Shown here: piece by piece, positions 39,676 through 48,840 of the stretch
Numbering within the stretch: position 1 is the first letter of the stretch
Layout: every line of letters starts with the position of its first letter
Origin: Bacillota bacterium
GTDB taxonomy: Bacteria > Bacillota > JAAYKD01
Direction: 5' to 3'
DNA length: 64,000 nucleotides
Assembly (NCBI GenBank): GCA_963666425.2
Contig: OY762825.2
Location: forward strand, 320,001 to 384,000
Made by a program: the position numbers and the translations under genes
The notes under the pieces: generated by a model
Told to the model about the DNA's origin: nothing
Database searches by the model: none
Seen by the model: only the letters and a program-made list of their open reading frames with translations

Positions 39676-39993
39676 CTCATTCCGGTTGCTTTTGAATAAT
39701 AGATTGTTTGTTTAATTCCATTGAGAGACTTTGCTTCCCTTTATTCTTGCAGATGATTTTTTCTGTCGTCATGCAAAATAAATCATATACGGTTTTGTTT
39801 TGAGCTCGCAATATCAGAAAATGAAGTGGAGCCGGATCTTGGTCTAGATGAAACAAAGCAATCCCAAAAGCGAGAAACTACTATTTCTGCGCTCCACCGT
39901 CCTCTGCAAATTATGCAAATTCCAGACCGGGTCAGTTTTTCTGCGATAAATGAAATATTTCTCGGGAAAAACTCAAAATTGGGAAATTTTGCA

Positions 39994-40022
39994 TTGAATT
40001 TTCCGGAAAATCATCTTATAAT
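39994..40022 (+). promoter_or_regulatory. SigA-type promoter of the nucleobase permease, with an internal palindrome
   Basis: TTGAAT-17 nt-TATAAT; ATTTTCCGGAAAAT at 39998-40011. Confidence 0.7.
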
Positions 40023-40077
40023 AAACAGGTTTAGTTCGGAGTAACTAAAAAAACCAAACACAGATAGGAGTAAGAAA

Positions 40078-41484
40078 ATGAGACAAAAACCAGTAGTCCT
40101 CGGTTACTTACCTGATGAGCGGCCAACCCCACTGAAACTGATGCTGTATGCGTTGCAGCAGGTAATCGTGATGTTTCCGGCTACCATCGCAGTCGCATTG
40201 ATCACAGGCTTCCAAGTTTCCACCACGATCTTTGCCAGCGGCCTGGCCACACTCTGCTTTATTATGATTACCGGCAGAAAAATCCCTCTTTATTACGGCT
40301 CCAGTTTTGCTTATCTTACCGCAATTGCCAGTATGGTCGCTTCCGAGGGCAGTGCAGCGCAGATCGCCTCGTTTCAGGCAACCGGAATTCTTCCGGCAGA
40401 ACTGATTTCCTATGCTCAGTTTGGTATCATCCTTTCCGGTTTGGTTTCTATCGCTGCCGGTTTTTTGGTTCGGTTTTCCGGACGCGATGCTGTTGAAAAA
40501 GTCTTGCCTCCTTGCGTGACCGGATCTGTCGCCATGATCATCGGTTTGACCCTTGCCGGTAACGCGCTGGCCGATGCCGCTCCCAAGGCTGCTGCTGTCG
40601 GTGCTGCCGGAACCAGTTGGGTCTGGGTTGTCTCTCTCGTAACGCTCTTATCTACCATTTTATTCTCCAGATATCTCAAAGGTTTTTTGTCTCAATTGCC
40701 TCTCCTGCTTGGAGCCTTGGTCGGCTGTGCGACCGCTGCTCTCCTTGTAGCTGTCGGCGGTGCCGATCTCAACTTATTCCGTGTCATGCCAGCAGCTGCA
40801 CTCAATAGCTCTCTCTGGTCCTGGGGACCGCTGGCGGTGCCTGCCTTCACTTTACCTAAAGTTTCTCTGGCCGCAGTCATCGCAATCATGCCGATTGCCA
40901 TTGCAACAATTCCGGAATCGACCGCACATATCTATCAGCTCGATATTTATGTCAATAATCTTGCCGCAAAAAAAGGAAAAAGCAGATATAATATTGCCGA
41001 TTTACTCGACCGCAATTTAATTGGCGATGGTCTCTGCGACATGGTTTCCGGTCTCGTCGGCGGTCCGGCTGGTACGAATTATGGTGAAAATATCAGTACG
41101 ATGGCGATCACCAATGTTTTCTCTATTCCCGTACTGATTGCCGCTGCTGTGATCGCTATGGTTATTTCCTTCTTTACCCCCTTGATGCAAGCGATCTACG
41201 GTATTCCGTTGGCAGTCATTGGCGGCTTGGAAATTTACCTTTTTGGCGCCATTGCAGCGCAAGGAATTGCCATCATGATCGACAAAAAAGTCGACATGTT
41301 CGACTCCAAAAACATTGCCGTCATTGCTTCCATCATGGTCATTGGCGTAGGTGGACAGTATGCCTTCGGTGGTAACATTGCTTTCTTCGGTATGAACATC
41401 CCCTGCATTGCCGGAGCAGCAATTTTTGGTATTCTGCTCAACTTATTGCTCAGCTTCGGTAAAAAAGAAGATACCGTGCAGTAG
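40078..41484 (+). CDS. Uracil-xanthine permease (NCS2 family)
   Basis: YYGSSFAY, PPCVTG, GDG, TNYGENI signature. Confidence 0.9.
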   Translation: MRQKPVVLGYLPDERPTPLKLMLYALQQVIVMFPATIAVALITGFQVSTTIFASGLATLCFIMITGRKIPLYYGSSFAYLTAIASMVASEGSAAQIASFQATGILPAELISYAQFGIILSGLVSIAAGFLVRFSGRDAVEKVLPPCVTGSVAMIIGLTLAGNALADAAPKAAAVGAAGTSWVWVVSLVTLLSTILFSRYLKGFLSQLPLLLGALVGCATAALLVAVGGADLNLFRVMPAAALNSSLWSWGPLAVPAFTLPKVSLAAVIAIMPIAIATIPESTAHIYQLDIYVNNLAAKKGKSRYNIADLLDRNLIGDGLCDMVSGLVGGPAGTNYGENISTMAITNVFSIPVLIAAAVIAMVISFFTPLMQAIYGIPLAVIGGLEIYLFGAIAAQGIAIMIDKKVDMFDSKNIAVIASIMVIGVGGQYAFGGNIAFFGMNIPCIAGAAIFGILLNLLLSFGKKEDTVQ

Positions 41485-41503
41485 AAAAAGCTTCTGCAAT
41501 ACA

Positions 41504-41582
41504 AAATCCGTTCCTTCCTGCCAAAACATCTTTGCATTTCGCAATTGGTGTTTTATAGCCGGAGGGAACGGATTTATTTTTT
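41504..41582 (+). terminator. Long hairpin terminator between convergent genes
   Basis: AAATCCGTTCCTTCC/GGAGGGAACGGATTT plus inner pairing, followed by a T-run. Confidence 0.7.
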
Positions 41583-41689
41583 CTGCAATTCACGATAAAC
41601 AGAGAAGAGCTCCCCTGCTGTCCTTTTAAAAAAAAGCAATTACGCTATAAAAAACACAGCGCTGGAATTCTGCCAACCAGCCGTTTTTT

Positions 41690-42328
41690 CTAGACCGAGA
41701 AAAATTTCTTCACTGCTTGCGGTAATTGCGACAGCTGAGCAATACTTGCTTGTTCACTGTCCAACCGGCCATAACCGTAAGCAGCATGAATAAAGGGAAT
41801 TGCCGCTAAACGAGCCGCTGAAAGATCCCCTTCTGTATCACCGACATAGACAGCACGATCAAGTTGATTTCTGGCCATGATCAGCTTGATATTCTCCCCC
41901 TTGGGCAAGCCGGTTCGTCCGGGACACTCATGATCGGTAAAATACTCCGCCAACTTATGAAATTCCAAAAAAGACTCAATATAACCGTCCTGACAATTAC
42001 TGACAATAAAAAGCAGATAGTCTTTTTTTAAATGGGCGAGCGTCTCTGCCAGCTGAGGATAGAGCACTCCGCCATGTTCACGCAAATAAAGCTGTTCTTC
42101 CACGGCACATTCATTCATGATTGCTACGCTTTGCACGAGCGGTAGTTCCGGCAGCATCCTCTGCGCAATATCCGCAATGGTTTTACCCATATAACTCTGC
42201 ATATCCGCTATGGTAATCTGACGATTCGTCTCAGGATGCCGTTGCAGCACTCGGTTCCAAGCCGGTACTACTTGATGGGAAGCATCCCATAAGGTACCAT
42301 CCAAATCGAAAATAATCGCGTTTTTCAT
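41690..42328 (-). CDS. HAD family hydrolase
   Basis: FDLDGTLWD, VSN, K, YVGDTEGD. Confidence 0.92.
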   Translation of the reverse strand: MKNAIIFDLDGTLWDASHQVVPAWNRVLQRHPETNRQITIADMQSYMGKTIADIAQRMLPELPLVQSVAIMNECAVEEQLYLREHGGVLYPQLAETLAHLKKDYLLFIVSNCQDGYIESFLEFHKLAEYFTDHECPGRTGLPKGENIKLIMARNQLDRAVYVGDTEGDLSAARLAAIPFIHAAYGYGRLDSEQASIAQLSQLPQAVKKFFSV

Positions 42329-42424
42329 TCCTACCTCATCTCATCCCGTTCGTATTCCAGTCAATCAAAAGGTTGATAATCTAATAAATTCCTTCTGGTG
42401 AGTGGCTTTTCCTGCTATCAGCTC

Positions 42425-42462
42425 AAAATCCCTCCACTGATGGCTCAGCAGAGGGATTTTTT
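42425..42462. terminator. Terminator hairpin
   Basis: AAAATCCCTC/GAGGGATTTT. Confidence 0.65.
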
Positions 42463-42486
42463 AAACCGCAGCAACAGAACAAATGT

Positions 42487-44004
42487 TTAGACTTGTTTGA
42501 CAAAAAGAAAACTGGCAGCAGTCGTATCTCTGCTGCTTTGATAGGTGAAAGCAATGATACGCCCCTCCTGATCCCGGTTGAATTTCAAGTAAACATCGGA
42601 ACGGCAGGCATTGGGTAGACATAGAAACAGATCTTGCTCAAGCGATAAATAAGTCAAATCCGAAGCGGTATCGTGCTGATTGAGATTGCTGACAACGAGA
42701 TTATTCTGCATCGGCTCGACCTGATAGGCTGTCTCAAGCGCAGGGCAGCGATAAGTCCCGCGATACTCGAGCCACGGCTGCATGAATCTATCTTCTTTGA
42801 CGTCCGCTAACCAGGCTGCATCTGATGCCTTTTCTGCGCTGTGTTGACTGCTGCTGCCAGGGACGGTAGAGTCAAACCCGACCATGCGCGATTGATTTTC
42901 CGGTTTTTCACTGTTTTGACCGAGCAGCAAGCGCAAAACACGCTCCAAGAGATTATTGTTTTTAAAACCAATATCCATTTCATAAACAAAGTCGCTGTGA
43001 TTGCCCAAGGTGATCACAGATGTTTTCAGCTCCGGTATTTGAATATAATATGCGCTGTAGCCTCCGGCAGACCCACCATGATGGATGATTTTCCGGCCGG
43101 CAAATTCTCCTATGAAGAGTCCGCAGCCATAACCGGTAAGAGCTCCGTTGTTTAGTTTTCCGGATGATGTCAGAAAATCAACCAGGCTCTGTGAACCTTT
43201 TCCTAAAATATTATGGTAAAAATTCTGATCCCAACGCAAGAAATCTTCTACAGTCGTCCAAATCTGACCCGCACCGCCCACTTCAACAACTTCTTCATTT
43301 AAAGAATAAAAATCGTTGCGGCTGCAATACGGCTTGCGGTGGTCATTGGCATGCATCCGACTGTAATTGCTATAACCGGCTGCTTTGTTTTTGATGATTT
43401 TCGTGTGATCATCGCGAATCAAAGTATGGCTCATCCCCAGTGGCTGAAAAATCTGTTCATCAGCAAATTGACTCAAAGACAGATTGGTCAGCTTTTCCAC
43501 CAATTGCCCAAGTAAAAAATAGCCGCTGTTGCCATAACTCCAGCGTTCACCGCTTTTAAACAAGCGCCAATCACAAGCAGTAAGATAACGCCAGAATTCT
43601 GCGCGGCTGATTGCTTCATCTTCATGGATTCCGCAAACCGCACTGGCGGTCTCATAAACATCCGGCAAACCGTTGGTCATCTGCAGCAAGTTTAGAATCG
43701 TAATCGGATCACCTCTGTCATTGACCTGAGGAAAATAGGTTCTGATGTCTTGCTCTGCCGTTAGCTTTCCTTCTTCAATCAATAATGCGATACAAGCAGC
43801 TGTGAATTGCTTGGCAAGGGAACAACCATGGAAAACCGTCTGAGGCCCAATCGGGATCTGATGCTCCAAATTCGCCAAGCCATATCCCTTACAAAAGATC
43901 AAATCCTGGTTCTTCACAATACCAAGCAGAAAGCCGGGGTCATTATTCCTGTTGTATTTCTGACAAATCAACTCGATCTGTGCTAAGTCTTGTTTTACCG
44001 ACAC
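42487..44004 (-). CDS. Serine hydrolase, beta-lactamase-related family (no signal peptide)
   Basis: SxxK (SLAK), YxN (YGN), HGG motifs. Confidence 0.88.
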   Translation of the reverse strand: MSVKQDLAQIELICQKYNRNNDPGFLLGIVKNQDLIFCKGYGLANLEHQIPIGPQTVFHGCSLAKQFTAACIALLIEEGKLTAEQDIRTYFPQVNDRGDPITILNLLQMTNGLPDVYETASAVCGIHEDEAISRAEFWRYLTACDWRLFKSGERWSYGNSGYFLLGQLVEKLTNLSLSQFADEQIFQPLGMSHTLIRDDHTKIIKNKAAGYSNYSRMHANDHRKPYCSRNDFYSLNEEVVEVGGAGQIWTTVEDFLRWDQNFYHNILGKGSQSLVDFLTSSGKLNNGALTGYGCGLFIGEFAGRKIIHHGGSAGGYSAYYIQIPELKTSVITLGNHSDFVYEMDIGFKNNNLLERVLRLLLGQNSEKPENQSRMVGFDSTVPGSSSQHSAEKASDAAWLADVKEDRFMQPWLEYRGTYRCPALETAYQVEPMQNNLVVSNLNQHDTASDLTYLSLEQDLFLCLPNACRSDVYLKFNRDQEGRIIAFTYQSSRDTTAASFLFVKQV

Positions 44005-44132
44005 TCTGTTTCATCCTACTTTCTTGCTAAATTTACGGAAGACAACACACCTATGTTTTCCAAACAAAATCAACTATAAAACAAAATCCACCGCAAAACA
44101 AGGTAGAGTTTGATTATAGAGATAAAATACAC

Positions 44133-44164
44133 AAAAGCAGCCGCTCTCATGATTCGGCTGCTTT
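44133..44164 (-). terminator. Terminator after the CD3324-family gene
   Basis: AAAGCAGCCG/CGGCTGCTTT. Confidence 0.65.
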
Positions 44165-44169
44165 GCGAT

Positions 44170-44436
44170 TTATACTTTACGATAAAGAATGCTCTTGATC
44201 GCATCATAGGATAAATGGTATTCACTAATTAACTCGTCGATACTGGCTCCATTTTGTTTTCTCTCTCTAATTTGACTGTTACGCTCCAGTATGCGATTTT
44301 TACAATTGGTAGAAGCACCCCAATTCTTCCTACGGGCTTGATTTTGTGGGATGTAGATGATGCTGCCGCTGACATATTGTTGAATTTGCTGCAGCAGATT
44401 CTCCGGTAAAATATCGTTTGCATTAATATATTGCAT
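44170..44436 (-). CDS. CD3324 family protein (Mor-like HTH)
   Basis: MQYINANDILPENLLQQIQQYV.G..IYIP, WG, RN..I, LSYDAIKSI. Confidence 0.82.
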   Translation of the reverse strand: MQYINANDILPENLLQQIQQYVSGSIIYIPQNQARRKNWGASTNCKNRILERNSQIRERKQNGASIDELISEYHLSYDAIKSILYRKV

Positions 44437-44538
44437 TTAAATCCTGCCTCTTTTCTTGTCTTGATCAGAAAGCAGGGTTATCAAAATGAAGTCAATCAGC
44501 GATTCTTGATTTTAGCTCTATGCAACCAATCGCTGCAT

Positions 44539-44583
44539 TTATTTGCCTAACCCCGCATAGAGCAGCATGCCGATTTTTAACAC
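44539..44583 (-). CDS. Putative leader peptide MLKIGMLLYAGLGK
   Basis: SD GGAGGTGA at 44588-44595, GTG start, TAA stop; embedded in alternative hairpins. Confidence 0.55.
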   Translation of the reverse strand: MLKIGMLLYAGLGK

Positions 44584-44696
44584 GTTGTCACCTCCAAAAG
44601 CCAATGTGAACTTATTTTCCTACTGAACTCTGCTTCTAATTCGTGAGCTCTGCCGGGAAAGCCTGCTGAATTTTCGATCATCTGACGCAAAATATA

Positions 44697-44737
44697 AAAA
44701 AACCGCTCGCAGCTTTTTAAAAGGCGAGCGGTTTTTT
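44697..44737. terminator. Bidirectional terminator
   Basis: AAAAAACCGCTCGC/GCGAGCGGTTTTTT. Confidence 0.8.
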
Positions 44738-44753
44738 AACGCGGTAAGAAAAA

Positions 44754-45266
44754 TTAGATTTGTCCGGTCGCCTTCAAAGCGATTTGGGCAATGATGGCGG
44801 AAGCCATATAGGTTCCGATAAAGGTAAATAATGCGGTAACCACAATCGCCACACCTTGTTTTCTGAAGGCGGGCAGATCTTTACCGATGGAAATACCGGC
44901 ATAAGACAGAATCGGTGTGCAAAGCGGCAGCAGACCGATTTTGTTGAATTCAGTGGACATCCAGGTAGCGATCGGAGAAAGGCCAGGAATACCAACTAAA
45001 ATAGCGATCATGGAAATAAACAGAATACTTGGAAGATCGGCCTTCGGCCATTTTTTCTCGACCCAGTCGGTGATGATTAAGCCAACCACACAAATGGCTA
45101 CCATCAATAACAATGCCGGCCAAACATCCCAAGGCATATAAATTTTTACTTTATCAGGGGTAAGTGATCTGGTTTTGGTCACCCAAGTATTGATTGTATT
45201 ACCGATGGAAGCAAACAAAATTGAAAAAAACAAAACTTTTAAGCGTGTTGCCCATTTTTCTGACAT
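44754..45266 (-). CDS. Membrane protein, small partner of the DUF3100 transporter
   Basis: ~5 TM segments; LCTPILSYAGISIGKD, TFIGTYMASA. Confidence 0.7.
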   Translation of the reverse strand: MSEKWATRLKVLFFSILFASIGNTINTWVTKTRSLTPDKVKIYMPWDVWPALLLMVAICVVGLIITDWVEKKWPKADLPSILFISMIAILVGIPGLSPIATWMSTEFNKIGLLPLCTPILSYAGISIGKDLPAFRKQGVAIVVTALFTFIGTYMASAIIAQIALKATGQI

Positions 45267-45283
45267 GGTTTTCCCTCCTTACT

Positions 45284-46159
45284 CTATTTTACTTTATGAG
45301 TTGGTGCCAATTCAGCTTCAGTGATACCGGGGTTTCTGATCTTTTTCAATTTCCGATAGAACCAATTCGTGAAGGGGATGGCTACGAATAAGTTAATATA
45401 TAAGCCATCAATACCGGTCAAGATTTGGCTGCCGGCAGCATAAGCCTGCATTTGAGCAACCACTTCCGGAACGGTAAGCATTTTACCGGCCACATTGGTC
45501 ATTAAGCTCGGATCTACCGAGAATTTATCAATCAAAGGAGCCAATGCTGCGGTCATCATGGAAGCGGAACCGGTGCCGCAAGCCATAGCCAAAGCGAAAG
45601 GATGGAAAAGTCCGCTGGCCAGAGCAGCAGAAGACATTAAACTATTGAAAATTGTACCAAGCAGAGTGCCGGTAACATAACCGCCCATAACGCCGCGACC
45701 TTCCGCAGAGTCCAGACCATATAAATCACCGACAACAGCAAGAGAACCTTCACGGGAAATTGAGAAGGTAACACCAACTGCCTCACGGCCCATATTGAAC
45801 AGGAAAATTGCAACCGGCATCGAGAAGAGGATCGGGCCTAAGTTGCCGATTTCCTGCAGCAATAAAGCCGGTCCGGCTTTGATAACTTGCTGTAAGTTCG
45901 GGCCGATAGTAGAACCGACTTTGCAGGTTAACAAAGTAACGCTGATACCAATGTAAGGAGAAGCGGTCTTCATCATATCCATATCAATGACTTTAATGAT
46001 GGATAGAATCGCACCGATCACCAAAGCATAGAGCATCGGGAACAAAGTAAAACTTAAGATACCTTGAACAAATTTAAAGTTTCCGATCAGCTCTGATGCA
46101 ATAACGAGCAGGAGACAAAATAAATGGACTTTCCAGTCTTTTAAATTGAAGCCTTTCAT
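45284..46159 (-). CDS. DUF3100 family membrane protein
   Basis: GPALLLQEIGNLG, REAVGVTFSISRE, SAEGRGV, ALAMACGTGSASM. Confidence 0.8.
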   Translation of the reverse strand: MKGFNLKDWKVHLFCLLLVIASELIGNFKFVQGILSFTLFPMLYALVIGAILSIIKVIDMDMMKTASPYIGISVTLLTCKVGSTIGPNLQQVIKAGPALLLQEIGNLGPILFSMPVAIFLFNMGREAVGVTFSISREGSLAVVGDLYGLDSAEGRGVMGGYVTGTLLGTIFNSLMSSAALASGLFHPFALAMACGTGSASMMTAALAPLIDKFSVDPSLMTNVAGKMLTVPEVVAQMQAYAAGSQILTGIDGLYINLFVAIPFTNWFYRKLKKIRNPGITEAELAPTHKVK

Positions 46160-46244
46160 AAACAGTATTCCCTCCTAATTCCAAATTTGTGTGGGTTTCC
46201 AGGGAGTTACCCCTTTAGGTTGATAAAACGCAATGATTGATGGT

Positions 46245-47555
46245 TTAGAGGTGACCCCAGTCTCTGAGATACTCTGCCTTGGTCATTGGGGCTTTGAAGT
46301 TGTTTTTAATTTCTAAACCAATCTTAGCGCCATCGGCCAGCAGATCAATCGCTGTGCAGACAAGTGCCTTTGCGGAAGTAATATAGGCTGTTTCTTTGTC
46401 GATCAGCATAAATTCTCTGGTATGTGCTCCGCCTTCAGAGCCGCCCATATAGGTATGGATCGTCGGCATCAAATAGGAAACATCGCCGGCATCGGTGGAA
46501 CCGCCGCCATGCGCACCCTGTCTTTGAACTGCTTTTTCACCGACTAATGTTTTAAGGTTTTCATACATCACATCAGTTAATTGCTCGTCAAAATTCATCG
46601 GCAGATAACCGGGAAGTTCTGTAATAATCGTTTTGGCGCCGACTGCGTCACCGCCGGCCTTAAAGGCACGGTTAACTTTCGCACTGGCATCCAGGATTGC
46701 TGTTACATTGCTGCCGCGGACATAAGTTTCCAGTCTGACATCAGCAGGAACCACATTGACCAAATCGCCGCCTTTGGTGATGATTGGGTGAACGCGGATA
46801 TGATCCTCATCTTTGAATGTTTCACGCTGTGCATGGACTGCCATCAAACCGATATTGGCAGCATTTAAAGCGTTGATACCATTATGAGGTGCTCCGCCGG
46901 CATGTGCTTCTTTACCAATGTATTGAATCAATTTGCCGGTAAAACCATTGGCTTCATTTCTAACAACAGCTTTGGTTCCATCCGTGTAGCTGGAGGTATG
47001 CTGCATCACCATGATGTCAATATCGTCCATCACGCCAAGTTTGATAAATTCTTGCTTGCCGCCCAGGAAGCTGATTTTACCTTCATTCCGTAAACCGGCT
47101 CTGTAACCGATTTCAACATATTCTTCTGCCGGAACTGCCATTAAGACGATGTCACCAGACAGTTCTTCCATAATGCCAGTACCTTTCAAAGCATATGCAA
47201 CGCCGGTTAAACCCGCGATCATACAATTATGGCCACAGGCATGAGCTGCTCCTGTTTCAGCGCAGACAAAAGGATGATCCTGTACAATCACAGCATCAAG
47301 TTCACCCATAATAGCAACTTTCATCTTTGATTCTTTGCCTTTACGAGGAGCAATAATGCCGGTAATCCCTACGCCATCCTGATAAGTGTAGCCGAGTTGA
47401 TCGAATACTTTCTTTACTTTCGCGGCAGTTTTGAATTCTTTGTACCCTAGTTCCGGTTCTTTCAGAATGGAATCACCGATCGCCATGATTTTATCGCGGT
47501 TTTTGTCGATTGCATCACAAGCAATTTTCTTGAGTTCCTCTTTGGTGTGTTTCAT
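46245..47555 (-). CDS. M20 family amidohydrolase
   Basis: PELGYKEF, GELDA, HACGH, PAEE, GSTD. Confidence 0.9.
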   Translation of the reverse strand: MKHTKEELKKIACDAIDKNRDKIMAIGDSILKEPELGYKEFKTAAKVKKVFDQLGYTYQDGVGITGIIAPRKGKESKMKVAIMGELDAVIVQDHPFVCAETGAAHACGHNCMIAGLTGVAYALKGTGIMEELSGDIVLMAVPAEEYVEIGYRAGLRNEGKISFLGGKQEFIKLGVMDDIDIMVMQHTSSYTDGTKAVVRNEANGFTGKLIQYIGKEAHAGGAPHNGINALNAANIGLMAVHAQRETFKDEDHIRVHPIITKGGDLVNVVPADVRLETYVRGSNVTAILDASAKVNRAFKAGGDAVGAKTIITELPGYLPMNFDEQLTDVMYENLKTLVGEKAVQRQGAHGGGSTDAGDVSYLMPTIHTYMGGSEGGAHTREFMLIDKETAYITSAKALVCTAIDLLADGAKIGLEIKNNFKAPMTKAEYLRDWGHL

Positions 47556-47781
47556 CCGTAGCCCTCCATTTCAGCGCACGACTTACGTGCTTGCTTTCAC
47601 CTCTGCATCGTGAAGTTCACTAAAACACCGAAAATTCTGCTGCTGTGCCATGCAGATTCCCAGAGCATCATTTCAAAACACTGACGCTGATGTGAATATG
47701 CATTGAACTTAAGTGAACACGCAAATTCTATGGTTGTGTCCGCCGAGAGTATCTTCAGCCGATGCAAATGCAGATGGTTCG

Positions 47782-47841
47782 TTATACTAGGGACCCGTTT
47801 TTCCGGAAGCCAGTGAGCCAGTACTTTTCATGTGTACGCAT
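47782..47841 (-). CDS. Putative uORF/small protein MRTHEKYWLTGFRKNGSLV
   Basis: Strong SD AGGAAAGGAGGGGG directly before ATG; lies inside a long leader. Confidence 0.4.
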   Translation of the reverse strand: MRTHEKYWLTGFRKNGSLV

Positions 47842-48228
47842 GCCCCCTCCTTTCCTGATACACATGGATCTTTTCCCTTCCTTTACTAGACAGGAAGCAG
47901 TCTCTGACGAACTTTAAGTTTGTATGAAAACGATTGGCGGACTGCCGATAAGATAGGCTGCAACAGTTTGCACAAAGTTAACTGTTTAAAACAGGCGGCA
48001 CGGGAAAAGAACGGAAGGCAAATCGTGGACTATTTTGCATAAACATTCATATCAATGTATATTTACGTGTTTATTCCTTGCCCTTTACTCTCGCAATGCA
48101 AACCCAACAGTAACCGCAGCACCTGACTTTGACCGGTATCCTTTTGTGAATAAATAATGAAGATAAAACTGGTTGATTCGTCATGGACAGGAATTACTTC
48201 GCCTTCCGGAATCTCAAATCCTTTTCAT

Positions 48229-48257
48229 ACAATAGACTATTTTATCAAATTTGTCAA
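48229..48257 (-). promoter_or_regulatory. Candidate SigA promoter ~680 nt upstream of the amidohydrolase
   Basis: TTGACA-17 nt-TATTGT. Confidence 0.55.
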
Positions 48258-48609
48258 CAATTAATTACGTCAAAAAATGATTTCCCTATAAAATACCAAA
48301 GTAATAATAATTCATTTCTAACATAACTGTCACTATCTGTCTTTCTCTGTGGAAAATGTTAATGTAAGAACGAAAAACATTATTATAGATTCAACCTGTT
48401 CTTAAAGAAATATTGTATAAAAACTTAACCTGTTGTTCATAAAAAATTCAATTTATCCTGAAAATAAGTTTACTTTTCGCATGTTTCATCATATTCTATC
48501 CTGCTTCAATCTAGAACGAATCCCAGCATATTTACTGTAATCACAGTATAATTATAAGAAATTATTCGAAAGTAATTAGGAGAGTGCCTTATTATGGAAA
48601 CAGGGTAAA

Positions 48610-48816
48610 TCAGGAAAACGAATCTGTCAGGATTTTCGCTACCCTGCCGACAATGCCGCTGACCAATCTGACCTTGATTCCGTGCGGATGCGTAGGTGAA
48701 TTGGTTAGAATATCTTTGACAATACCTTCGGTTAATTTCCCGCTTGCTTGATGCTGCTTTTGTACAACCATAACAGCAAGACCCGGCTTAATATGATTAC
48801 GAATTCTTGCATCCAT
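48610..48816 (-). CDS. YwbE family protein
   Basis: IKPGL.V.VVQK, LTEGIVKDILTNSPTHPHGIKVRL..G.VGRV. Confidence 0.9.
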   Translation of the reverse strand: MDARIRNHIKPGLAVMVVQKQHQASGKLTEGIVKDILTNSPTHPHGIKVRLVSGIVGRVAKILTDSFS

Positions 48817-48840
48817 CTTACTTCCTCTTTCCAATCCTGA

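Noticed and set aside
48011-48209. 6S RNA, suggested by a ~200-nt span with paired ends
   Set aside because: The interior does not form the long rod with a central bubble; kept only as part of the structured-leader finding
48548-48608. TATAAT and AGGAG followed by ATG GAA ACA GGG TAA on the + strand
   Set aside because: A four-codon ORF convergent with the YwbE gene and with no further support
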